Assembly (NCBI GenBank): GCA_024275575.1
Contig: JAJRYV010000047.1
Location: forward strand, 40,789-104,788
Reading direction: 5' to 3'
DNA: 64,000 nt
Source: a bacterium
GTDB taxonomy: Bacteria > Zhuqueibacterota > Zhuqueibacteria > Zhuqueibacterales > Geothermadaptataceae
The translations under genes and the position numbers were made by a program. Below are positions 57,702 through 64,000 of the stretch, one piece after another. Numbering within the stretch: the stretch's first letter is position 1; each line of letters opens with the position of its first letter. The notes under the pieces are model-generated. The model was not told the DNA's origin. It saw nothing but the letters and a program-made list of their open reading frames with translations, and ran no database searches.

Positions 57702-59033
57702 ATGGAAACCCGATTCGCCCGAATTACGACACCGGTTCCCGGTCCCCGCAGCATTGAACTCATGCAGCGCAAAAAAGCAGCCATGCCCCATGGCGCCATT
57801 TCCAACCTGCCTGTTTTTATCAAAAAAGCTGATGACTTCCTGCTCACTGACGTCGACGGTAATGTATTCATCGATTTTGGCGCCGGTATCGGCGTTTTGA
57901 ATGCCGGCCACAGCAACCCCAAAATTCTTGCAGCAATAACACGACAGGTGCAGAGCTTCACGCACACCTGTTTTCACATGGCGATGTATGAACCCTATAT
58001 CGCACTCACTGAAAAGTTGAACAACCTCACGCCGGGTGATTCGCCCAAGAAAACCTACCTCGTCAACAGTGGTGCCGAGGCAAATGAAAATGCGGTGAAA
58101 ATTGCTCGCCGTTTTACCGGCAAAAGCGCTATTGTTGCTTTTGAGCACGCATTTCACGGCCGCACCTTGCTCGCTCTTTCCCTTACCGGCAAAGTCTCGC
58201 CCTATCGTCAGGGTTTCGGGCCGATGGCGCCGGAAATTTACCACTTGCCATCACCGCACCGCTCCAACAGTGGTTTTCTACAACCACCGGAAAGCACGAA
58301 TTACGACGCCGGATTTATCGCTGAGCAACTGAAAACGGTGGTTCCGGAAACGGATATCGCCGCATTTATCGTCGAGCCGGTGCTTGGGGAAGGGGGTATT
58401 CTGCCGTGCGATCAAAAATATCTCGATGCATTGTTCGATTTTTCCCGATCCCGGGGTATCCTGATCATCGCCGATGAAATCCAAACCGGCTGGGGGCGCA
58501 CCGGCAAATTATTCGCGATGGAACATTTCGGTTATGAACCGGATATTCTCGTTACCGCAAAATCTATCGCCAGTGGATTGCCGCTCAGCGCGGTTGTCGG
58601 CAAAGCAGAAATCATGGATTCAGTGCAACCCGGCGGCATCGGCAGCACCTATAGCGGCAATCCTGTTGCCTGTGCTGCGGCCCTCGCTGGTATCGATTTT
58701 ATCGTCGAGAACGACCTTGCAGGAAAAGCGGGAAAAATCGGCAGCATCACGAGAGAAAAATTGGCGTCGCTTGTGGAAAATCATAAAAACATTGTGGACG
58801 TGCGGGGAATCGGGGCGATGAACGGGATCGAGTTCGTCGTCGATAAAACGAGTGGTAAACCCGGTACGGAAATCGTCCGGGCGGTGCAAAAGATATGTTG
58901 GGAAAACGGTCTTGTTGTTCTGAAATCCGGCTCACACGGCCATGTGATACGCATGTTGCCGCCATTGACGATTTCGCAAGACGGGCTCAGGGAAGGTCTC
59001 GAAATTTTTACCGCTGCCGTGCAAAAGCTTTAA
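57702..59033 (+). CDS. gabT: Class-III PLP aminotransferase (4-aminobutyrate aminotransferase-like)
   Basis: The ORF track start at 57579 lies inside the terminator. The ATG at 57702 follows GAGGA. Motifs DFGAGIGVLNAGH, NSGAEANENAVKIAR, DEIQTGWGRTG and TAKSIASG (PLP Lys). Confidence 0.8.
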   Translation: METRFARITTPVPGPRSIELMQRKKAAMPHGAISNLPVFIKKADDFLLTDVDGNVFIDFGAGIGVLNAGHSNPKILAAITRQVQSFTHTCFHMAMYEPYIALTEKLNNLTPGDSPKKTYLVNSGAEANENAVKIARRFTGKSAIVAFEHAFHGRTLLALSLTGKVSPYRQGFGPMAPEIYHLPSPHRSNSGFLQPPESTNYDAGFIAEQLKTVVPETDIAAFIVEPVLGEGGILPCDQKYLDALFDFSRSRGILIIADEIQTGWGRTGKLFAMEHFGYEPDILVTAKSIASGLPLSAVVGKAEIMDSVQPGGIGSTYSGNPVACAAALAGIDFIVENDLAGKAGKIGSITREKLASLVENHKNIVDVRGIGAMNGIEFVVDKTSGKPGTEIVRAVQKICWENGLVVLKSGSHGHVIRMLPPLTISQDGLREGLEIFTAAVQKL

Positions 59034-59707
59034 AGTACATCCTCGGCTGCAGCACGGATATCCCGCATCGCCTGTGCGATTTTTCCGGCCCCGAAAATAG
59101 CGCTGCCGGCAACGAGGGTGTCGGCACCGTGCGTTATAATTTCGGCAGCGGTTTCGCGGTTGACGCCGCCGTCGACTTGCAGTAAAATCTGTTTGCCACT
59201 GGTTTCGATCATCCGCTGTGCGGCAGCGATTTTCTGCAAGCCGCGCCGGATGAATTTTTGCCCGCCAAATCCCGGATTGACCGTCATAATCAAAATAAGA
59301 TCGAGCTCGGATATGATATCTTCGAGCACATGAACAGCGGTTGCAGGATTTAATGCCACTCCGGCTTTCATTCCGTGCTGGTGAATACACTGCACTGTTC
59401 GGTGCAAGTGCGGACAGGCTTCCTGATGCACGGTGAGAATATGCGCTCCGGCTTGTGCATAATTTTCGATATATTGGTCGGGATTATTGATCATTAAATG
59501 TGCGTCTATGGGTGTTTTAACGCAGCGCTTGATGCTGGCAACCATGTTATACCCAAAGGACAAATTAGGCACAAAATGCCCATCCATAACATCGATGTGG
59601 ATAAAATCAGCCCCGTTTTCAGCAACCTGCCGCACCTCTTCTTTCAGCTTCAGTAAATCGGCCGAAAGGATGGATGGGGCCATATAAATCCGCTTTTTCA
59701 TTTTCAT
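59030..59707 (-). CDS. rpe: Ribulose-phosphate 3-epimerase
   Basis: 225 aa with APSILSADLLKL, HIDVMDGHFVPN, MTVNPGFGGQKF and VDGGV. Confidence 0.95.
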   Translation of the reverse strand: MKMKKRIYMAPSILSADLLKLKEEVRQVAENGADFIHIDVMDGHFVPNLSFGYNMVASIKRCVKTPIDAHLMINNPDQYIENYAQAGAHILTVHQEACPHLHRTVQCIHQHGMKAGVALNPATAVHVLEDIISELDLILIMTVNPGFGGQKFIRRGLQKIAAAQRMIETSGKQILLQVDGGVNRETAAEIITHGADTLVAGSAIFGAGKIAQAMRDIRAAAEDVL

Positions 59708-59715
59708 TGAATCCG

Positions 59716-60159
59716 TTACGTTTTTTCAAATCCTGAAATCATATCAACTCTGCGTTGGTGTCGTCCGCCATCGAACCCGGTGTTGAGCCAGGTATCGACG
59801 ATATCGAATGCAACTCCGACGCCGGTGCTACGGCCGCCGAGTGCGAGGATATTGGCATTATTATGAGCACGGCTCATGCGGGCGGTATAGGCGTCGTGAC
59901 ATAAAGCAGCGCGAATACCGCTAAATTTATTCGCTGCGATGGAAATGCCGATTCCGGTTCCGCAAATAACGATGCCGCGATCACATTCGTTCTTCTGTAT
60001 GGCATGGGCCACTTTTTCAGCCATCACCGGATAATCGATAGCATTTCCGGTAGAATCCGTGCCCATATCTGTGACCGCAAATCCACAGGCGGTTAAATGA
60101 CTGACTATTTCATCCTTTAAACTAAAACCGCCATGGTCGGAAGCGATTGCGATTTTCAT
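59716..60159 (-). CDS. rpiB: Ribose-5-phosphate isomerase B
   Basis: 147 aa with MKIAIASDHGG, ICGTGIGISIAANK and NNANILALGGR. Confidence 0.9.
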   Translation of the reverse strand: MKIAIASDHGGFSLKDEIVSHLTACGFAVTDMGTDSTGNAIDYPVMAEKVAHAIQKNECDRGIVICGTGIGISIAANKFSGIRAALCHDAYTARMSRAHNNANILALGGRSTGVGVAFDIVDTWLNTGFDGGRHQRRVDMISGFEKT

Positions 60160-60181
60160 TGAGTTCCCTTTTGATGAAAAT

Positions 60182-61618
60182 TTATAAAAACAATTTTGAC
60201 TGAATTGTATAAAAAATCATGCCGCTCAAAACAGTCGTTGAGGTGCCGATGGCGACAAACCACGGCCAGGGCACACCGCTGAAATTGACAAAAATCATGA
60301 TGAAAAGCCCGCAAATCATCGCAGCAATAACTTGATTTTGCGATATCTTTTGTGAGAATAATCCGAGCAAAAAGGTTCCGAGAAGCGCGCCGTAAGTGAA
60401 ACTGGCAATTTTTAATCCGCTTTCCAGCACACTGCCCCACTGGCTCGAAATCATGGCGACACCGATGAGCAAAACCGCCCAACCCAGCGTTGCGATGCGG
60501 CTGAAAAATAATTCCCGTGCTGTATTCCAGTTGGGTTTAAAATAGGGTTTGATAAAATCCATCATCGTCGATGAAGCGAGAGAATTCAACGATGAACTCA
60601 AAGTCGACATCGCGGCAGCAAAAATAGCAGCGATAACCAGGCCGCTGAGCCCGGAAGGTAGTTCGTTGATGATGAAAAGCGGGAAAATTTCATCGTTTTT
60701 AGCAATATTCAGTTTTTCCGGGAAGTGGGTGTAAAACGCATACAGCAGGACACCGATGGCGAGGAAAAAGAAGAATTGCACCATGACCACCAGGCCTGAG
60801 GTTACCAGCGCTTTCTGGCTGTCGCGAACGTTGCGGCAGGCGAGCAAGCGCTGCACGATGAGCTGATCGGTACCGTGGGAAGCGAGTGATAAAAACAGGC
60901 CGCCGACAATACCAGAGAAGATCGTATAGGTCGAATTCAGGTTAAAATTAAAATCGAAAATTTGAAGTTTCCCGGCTTCGCCTGCCAACGCCAGTAATTG
61001 ATCGAGCCCACCGGTGGTGTGATCGATAATGATAAACATCGCGAGAACAGCGCCGATCAAATAAATTGCCAGTTGAATGGCGTCGAGCCAGATTACTGCT
61101 TTTAAACCACCGAAATATGTGTAAATTATCGTCACACAGCAGATGATTGCGATGGAAAGCGGGTAAGAAAAACCGGTGATGATCGCCAGCGGAATGGCAG
61201 TGGCAAAAAGGCGTACGCCATCGGCAAGCAAGCGGGTGATGAGAAAAACAGAAGCGGTCACCGATTGCGTTTTACGTCCGAAGCGGTTGCGAATAAAAGT
61301 ATAGGCGGTGAACATTTCGCCGCGAAAATAGGCCGGCAAAAAAAACAGACTCACCAGAATGCGCGCCAGCAAATAGCCAATCGTGAGCTGAAAAAAAGTC
61401 ATGTTGCCGCCAAAAGCCAGTGCCGGCACGCCGATAAAAGTCAGCGTGCTGGTTTCCGTCGCTACGATGGACAAACTGATGGTAAACCAGGGCAGGTCGC
61501 GGTTGCCGAGAAAATAGTCTTTGGCGGATTGTTGCGAGCGCGCGAAATAAAAGCCGAGATAAATCGAACCCAGCATACTGATCAGGACGATAGCGTAATC
61601 CAGTATTGTAAAACCCAT
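60182..61618 (-). CDS. Sodium:solute symporter family transporter
   Basis: 478-aa polytopic protein whose N-terminus DYFLGNRDLPWFTISLSIVATETSTLTFIGVPA is typical of the SSS family. Confidence 0.85.
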   Translation of the reverse strand: MGFTILDYAIVLISMLGSIYLGFYFARSQQSAKDYFLGNRDLPWFTISLSIVATETSTLTFIGVPALAFGGNMTFFQLTIGYLLARILVSLFFLPAYFRGEMFTAYTFIRNRFGRKTQSVTASVFLITRLLADGVRLFATAIPLAIITGFSYPLSIAIICCVTIIYTYFGGLKAVIWLDAIQLAIYLIGAVLAMFIIIDHTTGGLDQLLALAGEAGKLQIFDFNFNLNSTYTIFSGIVGGLFLSLASHGTDQLIVQRLLACRNVRDSQKALVTSGLVVMVQFFFFLAIGVLLYAFYTHFPEKLNIAKNDEIFPLFIINELPSGLSGLVIAAIFAAAMSTLSSSLNSLASSTMMDFIKPYFKPNWNTARELFFSRIATLGWAVLLIGVAMISSQWGSVLESGLKIASFTYGALLGTFLLGLFSQKISQNQVIAAMICGLFIMIFVNFSGVPWPWFVAIGTSTTVLSGMIFYTIQSKLFL

Positions 61619-61777
61619 AAATTCCTCGGTCGTGTGATTGCCGGAATAGCTGCAAATATAGTTTTTGCAATCTGCAAACGCAAGGATTCAAAACAGATTT
61701 TTTACTGGATATCTTGTAAAAATAACCATCTTTGCGTACTGAGGCAGGCTTATCAAATATTGAGATAGGTAAAAAAT

Positions 61778-62605
61778 ATGCCCGAACTACCGGAAGTTGA
61801 GACCGTTTGCCGTGGCTTGCAACAAACCATTGCCGGCAAACAAATAAAAGCAGTCATCGTGCGCGAGACCCGTTTGCGCAAACCGGTTATGAGCGAAAAG
61901 TTGTACCGGCTTCTGCCGGGAAAAAATTTACAACGAATCGAGCGGCGCGCAAAATATATCGTTATGCATCTCTCCGACAGTGTTATCGTTTTAGCGCATC
62001 TCGGCATGAGTGGACAAATCGTCGTGCAGCCGGCCGATGAACAATATCGCAAGCATGATCACATCATCGCCAATTTGTCCGAGGGCCTGCAAATGCGGTT
62101 TCATGATCCGCGGCGTTTTGGTTTGTTTGAAGCGTTGACTGTCGAAGAGTTCGAAAAACATCCGCGCTTGCAACATCTGGGATTGGAACCATTGGATAAA
62201 GGTACCGATGCTGAGCAGACCTGGTCACACGTACGGCAATCGAAGAAGCCAATTAAAAATTTGCTCATGGATGCGAGCTTTATCGTCGGTGTGGGAAATA
62301 TTTATGCCAGTGAAGCACTATTTTTTGCCGGGGTTCATCCACAAAAAATCGCCGGTAAAATGTCCAAAAAGAAATGGCAGGAGCTGCTGCAGCAGGTGAA
62401 AACCGTGCTTGCCAAAGCCATTGCGCAGGGTGGAACAACGCTAAATGATTTTGTCAACAGCCAGGGGGAAAGTGGCTATTTCCAGTTGGAGCTGGCGGTT
62501 TACGGGCGGGAAAATCAAACCTGCAAAACCTGCGCAAAACCGATAAAACGAATCGTGCAAAGTGGGCGCAGTTCTTTTTACTGCCCCGGGTGCCAGCGGA
62601 TTTGA
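61778..62605 (+). CDS. mutM: Formamidopyrimidine-DNA glycosylase
   Basis: MPELPEVETV (catalytic Pro2), H2TH region, and a C-terminal zinc finger CKTC...CPGCQ. Confidence 0.95.
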   Translation: MPELPEVETVCRGLQQTIAGKQIKAVIVRETRLRKPVMSEKLYRLLPGKNLQRIERRAKYIVMHLSDSVIVLAHLGMSGQIVVQPADEQYRKHDHIIANLSEGLQMRFHDPRRFGLFEALTVEEFEKHPRLQHLGLEPLDKGTDAEQTWSHVRQSKKPIKNLLMDASFIVGVGNIYASEALFFAGVHPQKIAGKMSKKKWQELLQQVKTVLAKAIAQGGTTLNDFVNSQGESGYFQLELAVYGRENQTCKTCAKPIKRIVQSGRSSFYCPGCQRI

Positions 62606-62777
62606 CATCTCGTTCGAAGGCCGGGGTTGGGAAAAAATTATTGATTAGACCTTTTTCCCGTAATCTTAAAAGACGGTCAGTGCAATATGGTATTGGGAAA
62701 TTTTGGATCAATAATTATATAGAATTATTAGTCCGGATTTAGTAGTTTCTCGATATATATATTTTGTCGGCCTGTTT

Positions 62778-63065
62778 TCAATGTCATTAAGTTAAGCCCA
62801 CCCGTATCTGTTCAGCGCATCAGGCGGACGCTGAGCTTGCCAAAGCGGCAGGGGCTTGAAGCGTGCCTTCCAAGCTCAGGGAGCGTTACATTCGGCGAGA
62901 CGCCTTTGCTGCTATTGAGCGCGCGTGAGGCTGAACGAGATATGCCCACCCTTGCGAAGGTTACTGGAAATACAGGAGTTATGATGCAGCAACATGCTTT
63001 GAGATTAAGCTGTTGATTTTTCTAACTTCGCAAAGGTCAGCATCTACTATGCTTAATGACATTGA
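62778..63065. repeat. Large inverted-repeat structure whose left arm carries MITE copy D
   Basis: tcaatgtcattaag (62778-62791) is the exact reverse complement of cttaatgacattga (63052-63065). cccttgcgaaggtta (62949-62963) pairs with taacttcgcaaagg (63023-63036). Confidence 0.5.
62804..62943. mobile_element. MITE-like element, copy D (140 bp)
   Basis: Terminal inverted repeats gtatctgttcagc / gctgaacgagatat. A perfect 8-bp direct repeat GCCCACCC flanks it (62796-62803 and 62944-62951). Same core as copies B and C. Confidence 0.7.
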
Positions 63066-63137
63066 GCCAGTTTTGACAAAACCGAAGTTTAAATCAAAAA
63101 CAGATTCCTTGAATTGTGATTTGGAACGGAAACCAGG

Positions 63138-63578
63138 ATGAAGATCAAATTTATTAGACGTTTAGTTATTATCTTACAACTTCTGTTTTTTTTCACCGCT
63201 TGCTCAGGTCCGAAATCTCTGCAAAATTCACCTGATATCGATAGTTCATGGCAGGGCACATGGTCCGGACCGGCGCTCGTCGAAAAAAGCACTATAGCAG
63301 CGAAAAAATTCGAGCTCGACATCGTTTTTACCAGCACCCATATCATCGGTTATTTTACTGATGAAAAAGCCGGTATCCGGCGCAAAGTGGTGACCGATTT
63401 AAAAATTCATGACGACGAACTGCAATTTAAAGTACCTTATCAGACAAAATATGTTTTGCGCTCCTACATGAAATTTACCGGCAAGCGCAAGGGCCGCAGC
63501 ATGACGGTCACATTTAGTGGCAGGGAAGGCGGCTGGGAATTCAGCGGCAAGTGGCAGGCACGCAAAAAAATGAGATAA
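63138..63578 (+). CDS. Hypothetical lipoprotein
   Basis: 146 aa with signal peptide and lipobox (LLFFFTACSG). No recognisable family. Confidence 0.5.
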   Translation: MKIKFIRRLVIILQLLFFFTACSGPKSLQNSPDIDSSWQGTWSGPALVEKSTIAAKKFELDIVFTSTHIIGYFTDEKAGIRRKVVTDLKIHDDELQFKVPYQTKYVLRSYMKFTGKRKGRSMTVTFSGREGGWEFSGKWQARKKMR

Positions 63579-63642
63579 TAATTTTCGGATGATCAGTGAT
63601 GTTTATCGGGAATTTCTCAGATTTTGGAGTGTGGATGATTTT

Positions 63643-64000
63643 ATGAAAATCTCTCTCTTTGTATTTGGCAAGATCAAAAGCAAATTTTGGCAGGCAGCCT
63701 GCAGTGAATATGGCAAGCGCATCGCACACTACGGCACATTGGAGATCAAAGAATTCAAAGACAGCCGTTTTGATGAAAAAGATTGCGACAAAGCCATCGC
63801 CGAGGAGTCGTCGCGGCTGCTGACAGTGGTTCCGGTGAATGCTTTTTTTATCGCACTGGATTCGCGTGGAAAACAGCACAGTTCCCGCCAGTTGGCGGCA
63901 TTCATTTCAGAAAAACAAACTTACGGCCCTGCGGAAATCGTCTTCGCCATCGGTGGGCCTTTTGGTTTTTCCGGGGCTGTTTTGCAGCGTGCTGATCTGG
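63643..64000 (+). CDS. rlmH: 23S rRNA (pseudouridine1915-N3)-methyltransferase RlmH (3'-truncated by window edge; not in ORF track)
   Basis: Hand translation gives MKISLFVFGKIKSKFWQAACSEYGKRIAHYGTLEIKEFKD...FFIALDSRGKQHSSRQLAAFI...EIVFAIGGPFGFS. It remains open to the window end. Confidence 0.85.
   Translation, partial: MKISLFVFGKIKSKFWQAACSEYGKRIAHYGTLEIKEFKDSRFDEKDCDKAIAEESSRLLTVVPVNAFFIALDSRGKQHSSRQLAAFISEKQTYGPAEIVFAIGGPFGFSGAVLQRADL

Noticed and set aside
1-64000. CRISPR arrays, prophage or integrase genes, toxin-antitoxin or restriction-type defence cassettes
   Set aside because: I saw no regularly spaced direct repeats and no integrase, transposase, nuclease or ATPase-type ORFs. The only mobile DNA evident is the non-autonomous MITE-like family.

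Overview
This is a 64-kb bacterial chromosomal window. Genes are preceded by Shine-Dalgarno sites and coding is almost entirely on the plus strand up to about 59 kb. I found no rRNA, tRNA or CRISPR array. The lineage cannot be assigned from this sequence. A T9SS-type C-terminal sorting domain and a long S16 tail suggest an FCB-group-like organism.

**Content**
1. 28-43392 is a very large surface-glycan locus. It holds 2 AsnB-like amidotransferases, 2 SDR epimerase/dehydratases, about 8 GT4-type glycosyltransferases, 3 tandem polyprenyl-phosphate-type GT2s and 3 ArnT/PMT-like GT-C enzymes. It also holds 2 Wzx-like flippases, 1 Wzy/WaaL-like protein, 2 NodU-type carbamoyltransferases, a CE4 deacetylase, three classes of acyl/acetyltransferase, an SGNH protein, an SxtJ/SxtK-like pair and a secreted glycoside-hydrolase-like protein. 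proC is embedded in the locus.
2. 43699-51501 encodes a 2600-aa secreted multi-Ig-like surface protein with a T9SS-type C-terminal domain. A lipoprotein trypsin-like protease follows it.
3. 53529-57538 is the conserved ffh-rpsP-KH-rimM-trmD-rplS operon.
4. The remainder is housekeeping: a gabT-like aminotransferase, rpe, rpiB, a sodium:solute symporter, mutM, a small lipoprotein and a 5'-partial rlmH.

**Most notable observations from the raw sequence**
- A 3+3 arrangement of lipid-phosphate-sugar synthase-like GT2s and GT-C transferases. One GT2 lacks the DxD motif and one GT-C is split by an in-frame TAA.
- A glutaminase-dead AsnB paralogue.
- A carbamoyltransferase/SxtJ/52-aa DUF5989-like/SGNH cassette. 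Its 52-aa ORF is missing from the ORF track.
- Two carbohydrate-binding-like modules nested inside Ig-like domains of the giant protein.
- A MITE-like element family with 13-bp terminal inverted repeats and 8-bp target-site duplications. Three intact and two degenerate copies are present, including one nested insertion.
- A probable -1 frameshift at a T7 run.

All functional calls rest on motif recognition by eye. No database search was run.
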